From a virus: DNA of 64,000 bases. A program made the position numbers and the translations under genes. Positions 1 to 9,848 of this stretch are shown here, one piece after another (position 1 is the first letter of the stretch; every line of letters begins with the position of its first letter). Location of the stretch: positions 1-64,000 of the IMG/VR virus record IMGVR_UViG_3300025011_000019; one strand, written 5' to 3'. The notes under the pieces are model-generated. The model searched no databases. It was not told the origin of the DNA and saw nothing but the letters and a program-made list of their open reading frames with translations.

Positions 1-1
1 A

Positions 2-460
2 AATGAAATCCATATATGATTCTGCATTTTTATAAGTTTTAGTTAATAATACTAAGTCTCTTTCTTTGAACTCTTCATCTATTCCATTAATATTATATTT
101 AGTTTTAGCAACTGCAATTTTACTACCCACACCTTTTATCTGTGGACTATACCTGACTCCATTTTTAATTAAGCATAATTCTTCTTGTTTCTTATGTTTA
201 CATTTATCACACGCATCTTTTATTATAGGTTGATTTTTATGACTATTTGTGTATTTATAATATGGTTTAGATATAACTGTTTCTATTCCTTCTTCTAAGC
301 AATAATCACATAAACATTGGATTGGTGCATTACTACCATCTAATAATTTATGAACATTAATTGTAATGACTTTTTTGTATTCCCATTTATGACCTAAACT
401 TTCAATGTATTTCTTATTGTTTGACAGGCAAGTTACTTCTACCTCTTTTGTAATTAACAT
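2..460 (-). CDS. Cys-rich (CDYC/CDKC) putative phage endonuclease, N-terminal part; runs off the window edge
   Basis: ATG at 460 after AGAAGGA; open frame MLITKEVEVTCLSNNKKYIESLGH...CLCDYC...DACDKC; not in the ORF track because no stop lies in the window. Confidence 0.6.
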   Translation of the reverse strand, partial: MLITKEVEVTCLSNNKKYIESLGHKWEYKKVITINVHKLLDGSNAPIQCLCDYCLEEGIETVISKPYYKYTNSHKNQPIIKDACDKCKHKKQEELCLIKNGVRYSPQIKGVGSKIAVAKTKYNINGIDEEFKERDLVLLTKTYKNAESYMDFI

Positions 461-703
461 CTCTAATTCCTTCTTTCTATGCGTAATATTATTTCTGTGC
501 GATACAAAATAAATAGAGTAAGAAAGCCGCACAGAATGAGGTAGCTACTCCTCACAATTTACTTCCTTACTCATATGAACAAATTATGCTCACATAAATA
601 CCTAGTCAATTAAGACTAGGCATAATCTAAACACAATTCCATCCACACAGAAAACGCCTGATTGCTCAAGCGTCTTATAACTTACAAAATATTAAATTAT
701 TAT

Positions 704-1465
704 CTAATTCAATAAATCCTTATTACTATTATCCAACGTTTTATTTCCATATTTAACCTCTAATTGATGCTTTATATAATCCTGCTTAAATCCCAAAGTA
801 GTCAATGCAGTTACAATCGTCTCTGCTTCATCTACAATCTTTAATTCAGTCTCAGTTAAATAATCTCTAGTTAAATCACTTTTCTTATTTATATTTCTGG
901 TTTCTCTTATTTGTTTTGCTTTCATATTGAATAAAATAAGATATACCATGTCAGTGTAATTGCTATATGTATACTTATTTATATTTGGAACATATTCTTG
1001 AATACTAGAAGTCATTCTTTTCCTATCTACTTTACCTACTTCACGTTGTAAGTCCCATTTTTCTTGTTTTCCAAAAAATGCTTTAGATAATACATCTTTA
1101 GCATTCAATTGATAATCAATAAGTTTATCCATAACTTCAGGTTTATTTTTTTGCATATCTTTAGTAATAGAAATTTTAGCCAACCATAAAGGTAAAAAAT
1201 CTAACTCAAGACATAATGACTGCTGATTACCTCCTTTTGTGGGGAGGATGAGATTACGTCCCCCTTTAGAAAGTACAATATCTTCTTGAATCTTTTTTCT
1301 CTCATTTTTTAACTGACCTTCTGACAAACCTATTCCATTACAAATCCAATTCACACCTACATAACTTTTACCAGTGTCTTTCATTTTTACGACTATGATT
1401 AGATTACCATTAAAATCAACTTCCATTAACTCCAGTTCTTTAAGTTTTACTAATTGATTTGACAT
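704..1465 (-). CDS. Phage antirepressor N-terminal domain protein
   Basis: YVGVNWICNGIGL...ERKKIQ...LCLELDFLPLWLAKI resembles P22-type antirepressor N-domains; AGGAGG SD. Confidence 0.75.
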   Translation of the reverse strand: MSNQLVKLKELELMEVDFNGNLIIVVKMKDTGKSYVGVNWICNGIGLSEGQLKNERKKIQEDIVLSKGGRNLILPTKGGNQQSLCLELDFLPLWLAKISITKDMQKNKPEVMDKLIDYQLNAKDVLSKAFFGKQEKWDLQREVGKVDRKRMTSSIQEYVPNINKYTYSNYTDMVYLILFNMKAKQIRETRNINKKSDLTRDYLTETELKIVDEAETIVTALTTLGFKQDYIKHQLEVKYGNKTLDNSNKDLLN

Positions 1466-1619
1466 AGCAAATCCTCCTGCTCATTTTTATAGTGGAAGTA
1501 CGAGCAATACTTATCAGTGCATTTATATAGCAACCTATCCTTGTATAACTTATTTTGTTACACAAAAATACTCCTAACAAAAGCTAGGATCACTATCTAT
1601 AGCAAAATTTTATTTATTT

Positions 1620-2429
1620 CTATTCCAAATAACTCCCACATCTATCACAAAACTTAGCATCAGATCCACTAACTTTACCGCAAATCTTACATTGCAATTT
1701 ATCTCTTACAGTAACAACCTTCTCAACTTTGTCTCCGATATCATTAAACCCAACTAATCTTAAAATAATCACATGAGAATTTTCTTCCAATACACCGATA
1801 TTCCCATATTTAAATTCTTGATTAATCTCTTCGCCTTTTACAGTAATTCCCTCATCAAAACTTTTAAGATTTACAGAATTATTTAAAGAACAATTCTGTG
1901 CAGTAAAACTAGTTTGGCAAATACTATTATCAAACGATCTTAAACAATCAGTCTGTACAGATTTAGGTGTTGTACTAGACGTAACAGTTATCCAAGTAGG
2001 ATTATAATCATAAATAGGTTGTTTATAAGTAATCCAAGGGCTAATAGGATTAAATACTTGATTAATCTGTTGAGTAATTGGTTTTAATTTCTCATACCAA
2101 AATTCAACCCTAATCAATCCATCTTCAATTTTATCTCCACGATATTCAGAAATTTCTTTTGTTTTTGGTATAAATTTAAACTTATTTTTTGCAGTACAAT
2201 CACTTAAAAATCCTTCTAATTCAGTTGTCTCATTTGGATTAACTAATAATGACTGGCCATTAAGTACATCTACTCCATCTATAGATATCTTAACTTTTGC
2301 TTTTCTTGATTCCATATTCTTGATATAAATAGAATACTCGCTACCAAATGGAATTTGAATTATCCCCTCTTTTTCTCTAAGGATTTTGCCATTATTTTTG
2401 AGACAGACCACCATTTTCTCTTGATACAT
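1620..2429 (-). CDS. Conserved phage protein with C-terminal zinc ribbon
   Basis: PFGSEYSIYIKN...ISIDG beta-rich domain; C-terminal CKIC...CDRC. Confidence 0.7.
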   Translation of the reverse strand: MYQEKMVVCLKNNGKILREKEGIIQIPFGSEYSIYIKNMESRKAKVKISIDGVDVLNGQSLLVNPNETTELEGFLSDCTAKNKFKFIPKTKEISEYRGDKIEDGLIRVEFWYEKLKPITQQINQVFNPISPWITYKQPIYDYNPTWITVTSSTTPKSVQTDCLRSFDNSICQTSFTAQNCSLNNSVNLKSFDEGITVKGEEINQEFKYGNIGVLEENSHVIILRLVGFNDIGDKVEKVVTVRDKLQCKICGKVSGSDAKFCDRCGSYLE

Positions 2430-2578
2430 TTTTTATCATCCTTTCTAGAGCACTGACTAAACTCTAAATATTAAAGTCAGTTATTTTTATTAATGCTTAT
2501 TTATTTATAAGCACAAGTAGACACACCAAATTAATGATGTGTCTGATCTACTTATAAATAAATTACAATCTAATAATT

Positions 2579-3373
2579 TTATCTCTTTCTCAAATTATCC
2601 TCAATCTTTAAAATAGTATATTTTGCAATTTTATCTAAATTTTCTTTGTCAAGTTTACTATTATCCCAAATCAAATTATCAATATGAATATTAACAGTAT
2701 TTTTTCCTTCGATTTCTTCATCATTTTCTTCTCTAGCATTTTCATACCCCATAGACATACATTCCTGCAACATACTATAAAGAATATTCCTTAATTCTGA
2801 TCCATACTCACATTCACTATTCTCAATATATCCAGCATAATGTTCTACTAAACCAATTTCATATTCTTCATCTTCAGTAAATTCTCCACGGAATTGTTTG
2901 CATGATACACAAGAACAATTTTGATAATGCTCTTCACCATCTAACAATTCATCAACATTTTCACAATCATATTCTTCTTCCAAACAATTCTCATTATCAA
3001 ATTCACAAAATATTACCCTACCTTTTCCTGCTAAGAATTCTCTAACATCTCCAAAACTCATATCAGACATCACAAAATAATCTATATTATCTACCTCGTC
3101 ATATTTATATGTACCATCATCCATTTTAGCAAATTCACAAAAGAAACCAATTTCTTTATCTTTGTAAAATTGTAAACTGACATAGTATTCATCAACATCA
3201 CTTGACAATTCCATACATTCAGCATCTATCCCATAGTAATTGTGGATATAATCATAAATATAATGAGCTACTGAAAAGTCGCAAATAAACATTAAATTTT
3301 GTTCAGAGTCTAAGTGAGAATCAATAATTTCTTCAACTTGAGATAATGTATATTTTATTTTGTTAATCAGCAT
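2579..3373 (-). CDS. Acidic hypothetical phage protein
   Basis: 264-aa ORF with SD; contains CSCVSC. Confidence 0.7.
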   Translation of the reverse strand: MLINKIKYTLSQVEEIIDSHLDSEQNLMFICDFSVAHYIYDYIHNYYGIDAECMELSSDVDEYYVSLQFYKDKEIGFFCEFAKMDDGTYKYDEVDNIDYFVMSDMSFGDVREFLAGKGRVIFCEFDNENCLEEEYDCENVDELLDGEEHYQNCSCVSCKQFRGEFTEDEEYEIGLVEHYAGYIENSECEYGSELRNILYSMLQECMSMGYENAREENDEEIEGKNTVNIHIDNLIWDNSKLDKENLDKIAKYTILKIEDNLRKR

Positions 3374-3453
3374 AATTAATATTCCTCGCTTTTATATTTT
3401 ATTTTATCTTTATATGTTAAAGTTAGATTGTATTATTTATGTTTTAATAAAAC

Positions 3454-3846
3454 TTACAACATATCCTTCTCTTTTAATAATACACTATTCTTAGAAACTT
3501 CAATGCTTCCATCTGTCTGAATACGAGACATGGTAATATTGTGATCAACATTCATTTTATTCATAATAATAGAAACTACATCTTCCATAGACATACCTGA
3601 ATTAATCAAACAAGTATAAAATCCAGAAAAATAACTTGCTTCTTTTATTCCTTTAATAAATTCATCTTTATCAATTTGAATATCTTTATCATTTTCTAGA
3701 TTATCTGTAGAAATGGAAAAAGGTTCTGTGAACATGAGGATGTCATCTAATGGTGATTTTGTTTCTGGTTCTGTATTTGTATCTGGTTTAGATGTTTCTG
3801 AGGTTTCTGAGGTTTCTGTGATTATTTCTTTGCAGTTATCGCACAT
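3454..3846 (-). CDS. Hypothetical protein
   Basis: 130-aa ORF, AAGGAG SD, TSE repeats near the N-terminus. Confidence 0.7.
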   Translation of the reverse strand: MCDNCKEIITETSETSETSKPDTNTEPETKSPLDDILMFTEPFSISTDNLENDKDIQIDKDEFIKGIKEASYFSGFYTCLINSGMSMEDVVSIIMNKMNVDHNITMSRIQTDGSIEVSKNSVLLKEKDML

Positions 3847-3866
3847 ATGTTATTTCTCCTTGTAAT

Positions 3867-4466
3867 TTAGATTATTTTGTCTACACATCCCAGTAAAATT
3901 GCTTCTTCAGGCCATAAATATACGTCCAAATCATGTTCAGTAATATCATCAAGTTTTTCTTGAGTAATATTAGTATATTTAAGAATTACATCTTGACACC
4001 TACGCCATGATGCCTCTAGGTCTTTTAACTTTCTTTTTGTTTGCTCTACTGATGTATTTCCCATTTCAAAACTTTGTACTTGATGGTAGAGAAATCGAGT
4101 ATGGTTTTGACAAATACGCTCAGAAGTAGATATGAAAATCTTAAACGCACCACTCATTATTTTTCCATATGCTTTACCAATGATTTTATAACCACTCTCC
4201 TTGAGTGTTTCTATGGTAGCAATTATACTTAGTGATGCAAAAACTGAGCCACCATAACTAGAAATTTTAAGAATAATTGGTTCTGCTTTGGAAGGTGTTA
4301 TTCCACTTGCTTTATCTCTTTCTACTATTTTCTCAAACATTCTATTAACAATAAATTCGGTTTCTTCATTGATAGAATCGTCGTTAATGTAGATTGTGCG
4401 CTCATTAATGTAGGCATTGAGTTTAATTTCCTCGATAATTTTATTAATTGGTATCATAATTTCCAT
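3867..4466 (-). CDS. clpP: ClpP-like protease subunit
   Basis: NERTIYI, ISSYGGSV, KIMSGA (Ser nucleophile region), FLYHQ, YLWPEEAILLGCVDKI. Confidence 0.85.
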   Translation of the reverse strand: MEIMIPINKIIEEIKLNAYINERTIYINDDSINEETEFIVNRMFEKIVERDKASGITPSKAEPIILKISSYGGSVFASLSIIATIETLKESGYKIIGKAYGKIMSGAFKIFISTSERICQNHTRFLYHQVQSFEMGNTSVEQTKRKLKDLEASWRRCQDVILKYTNITQEKLDDITEHDLDVYLWPEEAILLGCVDKII

Positions 4467-4492
4467 ATACTTATTACCCTTCAGTTATTTAA

Positions 4493-5827
4493 TTAATCCT
4501 TAATCACAGTATTCATAATATCAATAATCCCATATTCCTTACTAACAATAAAACTTTGACTCTTCTTAACTGTACCAGTATAAGCTTGAGAATAAGACCA
4601 CTCTGAATTAGAACTCACAGTTGGTAATCTCCTAATCTCAACCCCATAATCGTCAATGACCATTGTCTTATGCTGATGTGCAACAAACCAATACAAATAA
4701 TCACAATCACTAATATATTCTTTTGCTTCATTATGTATTGTCTTAAATGCTGACTTTTCATTAATATCGTGTGCTATCCCCACTAATACTCGCCCATACT
4801 TAATATATTTCCTATCCAATGTCCCGGTATCAATCCACACATTATCATTATTTCTATACCACGAATTTAAAACTTGAAAGATTCCAAACGTAGTATATCT
4901 ATCATGATTAGAATTGCAATTCCATACTTCTACAGGAGCAATTTGTGATAAAATATCAATAGCTTTAATTAATAAATCAGATACTTTCGTAAACATTTGA
5001 TAATGACTTACTGAGTGATCTGTCTGAGGAGTTCCTTTTGTAGTCTGATATGGGGTATCAAAATTACATATATCACCTAGATTTAATAATATAATCTTAT
5101 CTATTTCTTTATGTTTAATTCTACTTACAACATCATTAATTACATAGAAAAATCTATTAGTTGCAATTACATCATCATATTCATTATTACTTGTTTCTAA
5201 GTAACTTTTTAATCCTACATGTAAATCTGCTATGTTTAATATAAGCAAATTTCCATTTGTGATGGGATTATATTTAGTATGTTTAGGGGATGGGATAGAG
5301 TAGTTTTTGATTAAATTGTCTAGTATTTTTGTAATATTGTCTTCATTAAGTAATATTTCAGTCCTTGGTTTAACGCTCACCTTTGAACTGTAGAGAACCT
5401 TTACTCCATCTTCCTTAGTATTCATATGCCACATGCTATTTTTGGCACTAAGCAAAATAAACTTATCAGGCGAATATCCATGTGATTTCAAAACAAATTC
5501 AGGATCTTTAGATTCTTCAAGACTCATAGAAATTAATTTATCAGAAACTTGAGAATCATCTTGCTTGATTTCTACAGATTCTTTATAATTAGGTTTAGAT
5601 GGAGTAGAAGCAGGAATAATTAATTCTCTATCACCATTACCAAGAATAATACCATTAATAATATCTTTTGCTTTTAATGTTCCATTTGCTTTTCTATATT
5701 TCTTGAATTTACTTCTTAATCCTTCACCTGTGCTTTGAGGATAATACAATTTTGCTAAAGTATCCCAAGAATCAGATATTTTCTTATTGTACTTTTGGTA
5801 ACAAATTTCTATTAATTTTTTATCCAA
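4493..5827 (-). CDS. Calcineurin-like metallophosphoesterase (position of SPbeta yonJ)
   Basis: ADLHVG, LGD, NHD, H and HQH metal-binding motifs. Confidence 0.8.
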   Translation of the reverse strand: MDKKLIEICYQKYNKKISDSWDTLAKLYYPQSTGEGLRSKFKKYRKANGTLKAKDIINGIILGNGDRELIIPASTPSKPNYKESVEIKQDDSQVSDKLISMSLEESKDPEFVLKSHGYSPDKFILLSAKNSMWHMNTKEDGVKVLYSSKVSVKPRTEILLNEDNITKILDNLIKNYSIPSPKHTKYNPITNGNLLILNIADLHVGLKSYLETSNNEYDDVIATNRFFYVINDVVSRIKHKEIDKIILLNLGDICNFDTPYQTTKGTPQTDHSVSHYQMFTKVSDLLIKAIDILSQIAPVEVWNCNSNHDRYTTFGIFQVLNSWYRNNDNVWIDTGTLDRKYIKYGRVLVGIAHDINEKSAFKTIHNEAKEYISDCDYLYWFVAHQHKTMVIDDYGVEIRRLPTVSSNSEWSYSQAYTGTVKKSQSFIVSKEYGIIDIMNTVIKD

Positions 5828-5853
5828 TATGTTGTTAATACCACCCTATATAT

Positions 5854-6672
5854 TTATTTTATACTTTTATATAACCTACATATACTTAAATAATATCTTT
5901 CATTTAACATCTTTTTAAGCTCTTTGCGATTATAAAACTTAAACAAGCACTTTACAAATGAATTTAAGTAATTGTTTTCTTCTTTATTCACAATAAACTT
6001 TTCTTTATTATCATCATCAATACTATAATTTATTTTGTAAGAATTTGTTTGTATCGTATTTCTACTTACAATATTAATAATTCCACTATTATTAAACTGA
6101 TTAATAATTTTTATTAAAGTATTTTTTGATTTAATTCCAGTTTTTCTAGACATTTCTTTATAAGACATATAGAAAACACCATTATCATCTGAATATCTTT
6201 TACTATTTATAAGCATAGCATATAGCAATAATTTTTCATTCTTTGTCTTTTGTTTTAAAACTTCCAAAATTTCTAAATATGTAATATCTATATTAGTTGC
6301 ATCAATCTCATACATCCCTTTTCTTCTAATGCTTATGTTTATTTTATGCTCTTCTGAAAATACATCTTTAGTACCACCATAATCAATATTATATCCGTGA
6401 AATCTGTCTCTACTATTATAAAATTCTATCCAATAAGATTCCCTCTCATTAATAATATCCTCACTACATTCTTCTTGAATTTCATATGTAAAACTATCAA
6501 TACCATACTTATTATAAGCTCTTTGTAAATGAATATTAAAATGAGTGTTCGCTTTTAATGTGCTTTTGTGTCCTCTTAACCTAGTATCTATATCTTGACT
6601 TTGACCAATATATACTTTATTATTTATTATATTAGTTATTTTATATATTCCTATTTTCTTATCCTTTGCCAT
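5854..6672 (-). CDS. Free-standing GIY-YIG endonuclease with C-terminal HTH
   Basis: GIYKITNIINNKVYIGQS...RLRGH...ERESYWI...GYN; start refined to MAKDKK. Confidence 0.85.
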   Translation of the reverse strand: MAKDKKIGIYKITNIINNKVYIGQSQDIDTRLRGHKSTLKANTHFNIHLQRAYNKYGIDSFTYEIQEECSEDIINERESYWIEFYNSRDRFHGYNIDYGGTKDVFSEEHKINISIRRKGMYEIDATNIDITYLEILEVLKQKTKNEKLLLYAMLINSKRYSDDNGVFYMSYKEMSRKTGIKSKNTLIKIINQFNNSGIINIVSRNTIQTNSYKINYSIDDDNKEKFIVNKEENNYLNSFVKCLFKFYNRKELKKMLNERYYLSICRLYKSIK

Positions 6673-6843
6673 TATCGCATAACCGCCTTTCATCATCTCG
6701 AAATGCCTACACAACAAGTAAACCCCTCTACACCTACTGGCATAAGGGATTCAGACATTGGTGACATTCATGTCCCGACTCCTAAAATAAAACCTTGTTT
6801 AACCTACTTTTTAAAACTTCTCAAGTGACATCTATGACACTAA

Positions 6844-7479
6844 TTATTGCTCAGAATCCTTGATTTTAGTGCGTTTTGTGGCTGTATCCTTTCTATTACT
6901 TCTACACTTTTCGTATCCTATGGTGTCGAATAATCTAGGAACTAGAATATTGATATTTTTACCACAATAAAGAAGATAAGGATTAACCAAATAAAAGGTT
7001 TCCTTACCCAATTCATAACTAACTATTGCTAATTTTCCTCTTAAATTTTTCATATTTCTATTTACAGTTCTTCTATCAATGTCTAATAATGTTGCCAAAC
7101 TAATTTGATTTAATGGATTATCTTCCAAATCAACGATTAAATTCATTTCCCATTTTAAATAAGGAGATAAAGAATATAAAAATGCTAATTCACTTTTTGT
7201 AATTCCATATTGTTCAACAGCATGAGCAATTTCTAAATTAAATACTTTAGTGAAATGATCTTTTGGTTTCCAGTGTTGTTTCTTAACATCCTTTACAAAA
7301 AGAGAAGCAGTTAAAGTATTATCTTCATCTTTTTTAAGATATTGTTTTATAAAGTCTCCAATTTCTTTTTGTGCTTTTATATCCTTAAACGTATCAACGT
7401 CACTAACAAAAATATCTGCTAATATCCGCATAGTTTTATCTTCCATTGTAGGCATCACCTCTTTCATCATCACAGACAA
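6844..7479 (-). CDS. RepL-like / winged-helix DNA-binding protein
   Basis: LNQISLATLLDIDRRTVNRNMKNL HTH followed by YLVNPY. Confidence 0.6.
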   Translation of the reverse strand: MSVMMKEVMPTMEDKTMRILADIFVSDVDTFKDIKAQKEIGDFIKQYLKKDEDNTLTASLFVKDVKKQHWKPKDHFTKVFNLEIAHAVEQYGITKSELAFLYSLSPYLKWEMNLIVDLEDNPLNQISLATLLDIDRRTVNRNMKNLRGKLAIVSYELGKETFYLVNPYLLYCGKNINILVPRLFDTIGYEKCRSNRKDTATKRTKIKDSEQ

Positions 7480-7485
7480 ATAAAA

Positions 7486-7731
7486 TTATTTTAAAATTTT
7501 ATGTTTGTCTAATTCCCTTCTTAATAGGGATGTTGCTTTAGTTAATTTGTTTAAATTAACCATTGCTTTATAATTTAAAAAATCATTAATTAATTTTTGA
7601 AATAATTCAGGTTTATTATTATCAATTTTAAAATAAACACTTTCATCTTTTTTCTCTGAACCAACTAATTGAAATTTGTAACTAACAAATAATGCTGCCA
7701 AGTAGAAATCTTTTGTTTCAAAAATATTCAT
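7486..7731 (-). CDS. Small DUF5659-like protein
   Basis: TKDFYLAALF...VYFKI pattern; start refined to MNIFETK. Confidence 0.55.
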   Translation of the reverse strand: MNIFETKDFYLAALFVSYKFQLVGSEKKDESVYFKIDNNKPELFQKLINDFLNYKAMVNLNKLTKATSLLRRELDKHKILK

Positions 7732-7865
7732 TGTTTTATCACCTTTCATCATCAAAATATGTAACATAAACTTTACGACTTTTTGCATTGTTATGATTTT
7801 TTATTTCCTCTGTCACGCATTAATTCACGCTTCCCTTCATATCTCTTCATATCATGTAGGAATTT

Positions 7866-8045
7866 TTATTTCCTACGACACCATTCACCGAATGCTTGTT
7901 TTACTTCATCTGTATTTTTAAACATAGTATATGTATCGCCTTTACTTCCATTTCCTACTTTTAAAGGTAAAATTCCTTTAGAAAAATAAAATTGTGACTG
8001 AAATTGATTGTAAATATAAACAAATTCTTTTTCCTTAGTAATCAT
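7866..8045 (-). CDS. 59-aa protein, paralogue of 27594..27821 (below the ORF-track cutoff)
   Basis: MITKEKEFVYIYNQFQSQFYFSKGILPLKVG...AFGEWCRRK aligns with FIFIYNLIQAEFYFHKGIAPYRVG...AFTDWCNRK. Confidence 0.75.
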   Translation of the reverse strand: MITKEKEFVYIYNQFQSQFYFSKGILPLKVGNGSKGDTYTMFKNTDEVKQAFGEWCRRK

Positions 8046-8067
8046 ATCAAATCCCCACTTTCTTAAA

Positions 8068-8436
8068 CTAAATCAATTCACTATACCAACAATCCCTACA
8101 CACTAAATAAGTCTTATCATAAAAGAATGCCAACCAGTATCTCTTATTACTATTTTTACAAATAGGGCAAGTAGTATCAGCATTTTCTATGTCATAATCA
8201 TTATTATCAATATCACCACCGACAATCCTAATCTTATCCTCCAATTCAGGATAAACATAATATTTCTCAGTCGGCTTACTAACACAATATAGCACCGGAA
8301 TATTTATATTATTATTATCAATATCTACGATATCATCAACAATTGCAAATAAACCATTCCAATTTGAGTTGTCAAGAATTTGTACTTGAGTTCCTGTACT
8401 TAGTTTAGTTTTGTTGTTTAGTTTCATTTTATCCAT
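8068..8436 (-). CDS. Hypothetical protein, SH3/KOW-like N-terminus plus zinc finger
   Basis: CPIC...CRDC; AAGGAG SD. Confidence 0.65.
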   Translation of the reverse strand: MDKMKLNNKTKLSTGTQVQILDNSNWNGLFAIVDDIVDIDNNNINIPVLYCVSKPTEKYYVYPELEDKIRIVGGDIDNNDYDIENADTTCPICKNSNKRYWLAFFYDKTYLVCRDCWYSELI

Positions 8437-8525
8437 TTGATAAAAATCATCTCCTTATTAGAGAAAAGTTTATAATGATAGTTTTTATATGGGTTGTACT
8501 ATCAAACCCATTTAGTGTTTTATAT

Positions 8526-8953
8526 ACTAACCAGAAAAGCAAGCAAAATAAGACTATTTTTCTTAATTAATTATATTATCCATTTATTTATTAAAAATCA
8601 ATATCCTCTTATTTCTAAGAGAGTATCTTTTAAAATACTTTATTTTTAATATTTGTTCTTCTATAAGGATTTAAAATCCTAAAATTTATCAAATGGTGAT
8701 TAACGAAACGATTGTCGTATTTATGAATAATGTACTAATGTCATATCGTATTGGTGAATAATGATTTTGCGCTTAGTGATAGATTAGCGATTCTTCTTGC
8801 TTGTGACAGCAAACCTAAATTTTGTTTTATTATTATGTATTTAATATACATAACCTGCACTATTTTGCAATGTTTGAATATGGTAACTTGAATTTACATC
8901 TAATTTCAGATGTCCAAATAAATAGTCTATATCTTGCTTTGCTTCTGGTTAGT
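8526..8953 (-). ncRNA. Candidate structured ncRNA with degenerate heptamer-repeat core
   Basis: Imperfect ~33-bp terminal inverted repeat (8526-8559 with 8921-8953), several internal hairpins, no ORF. Confidence 0.55.
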
Positions 8954-8958
8954 TGTTT

Positions 8959-8996
8959 TAATTAGTAGAGATGTGGTTAGGCATCTCTACTAATTA
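8959..8996. terminator. Strong hairpin after the 232-aa gene (terminator or processing stem)
   Basis: TAATTAGTAGAGATG / CATCTCTACTAATTA 15-bp stem. Confidence 0.55.
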
Positions 8997-9024
8997 ATTG
9001 TCATGGTTAATTATTAGATAAAGA

Positions 9025-9723
9025 TTATAAATCAATAGAATATAAATATTTACTCACAATATCTGCTGTTGAATCATGAATGCTATAAGGGAATTCATAT
9101 TCCACAATTTCTTCCATCATGGATTTTTCAATAGAAATACTAAGTTTATCAGCTTTTTCTAGTAATGACTTATAATTATCACTAACAATACTTCTATCAA
9201 AATTAATTGTTTTAGTAATTACTACATCATACCTATATGGAGTCTCATTACCTTCCTGATTGAATTTAAATCCTTGTGCGACAGTCTTTTTCTCGTCTGT
9301 TTTTATATTGATAAGACTATTTAATACATTAGCTAAATTTCTAGATTGTTTTGCATTTGATATAGCAGAATCTAAGCTAAGATTTTTATTATCCTTAGTT
9401 TGAATTACTATATTTCTTTTTGCTAACTCTACTGAAATTTCTAATTTTGTCTTTTCTGAAATCAAGTCTTGAATAAGATTAATTACATCTACAGTTGAAG
9501 CATCTGGATATTCTTTAATAGTAGTTGTATCTAATTCCTCATTTTTTGCTTCTGGATTGGACTTTTCTTTAAGATGTTGTTCAAGTACAGAAATAGAATT
9601 ATTTTTATTAGAAAGATATGAAGTTAGAGATGAAATAGTTTTATCAATATAAACCAATGTGCGAAAGGACTCTTTTAGTGAAATTGTTGAATTAGTGTTT
9701 TGTGAATTTTGTGAATTAGACAT
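9025..9723 (-). CDS. Coiled-coil hypothetical protein
   Basis: 232 aa, helical heptad pattern; motifs SLKESFR, GFKFNQEGNETPYRYDV, TINFDR. Confidence 0.75.
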   Translation of the reverse strand: MSNSQNSQNTNSTISLKESFRTLVYIDKTISSLTSYLSNKNNSISVLEQHLKEKSNPEAKNEELDTTTIKEYPDASTVDVINLIQDLISEKTKLEISVELAKRNIVIQTKDNKNLSLDSAISNAKQSRNLANVLNSLINIKTDEKKTVAQGFKFNQEGNETPYRYDVVITKTINFDRSIVSDNYKSLLEKADKLSISIEKSMMEEIVEYEFPYSIHDSTADIVSKYLYSIDL

Positions 9724-9848
9724 ATTGTTTTCCTTCTTTCAATTTGTATTTTTCTTCTTTGTTAGAGTAATTAACTCAATTCTTTCTGTATGAAGGAGAA
9801 TTATACCCCTATAAATTCTCCTTATCTCTTTTGGCATACTTATATATT

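Noticed and set aside
1463-1515. PreQ1-I riboswitch before the antirepressor
   Set aside because: Similar size and A-rich linker, but the loop does not match the preQ1 consensus as I recall it and there is no queuosine context
3759-3822. Short tandem repeats (GTTTCTGAG-type)
   Set aside because: Encode a low-complexity TSE/TEP linker within a gene
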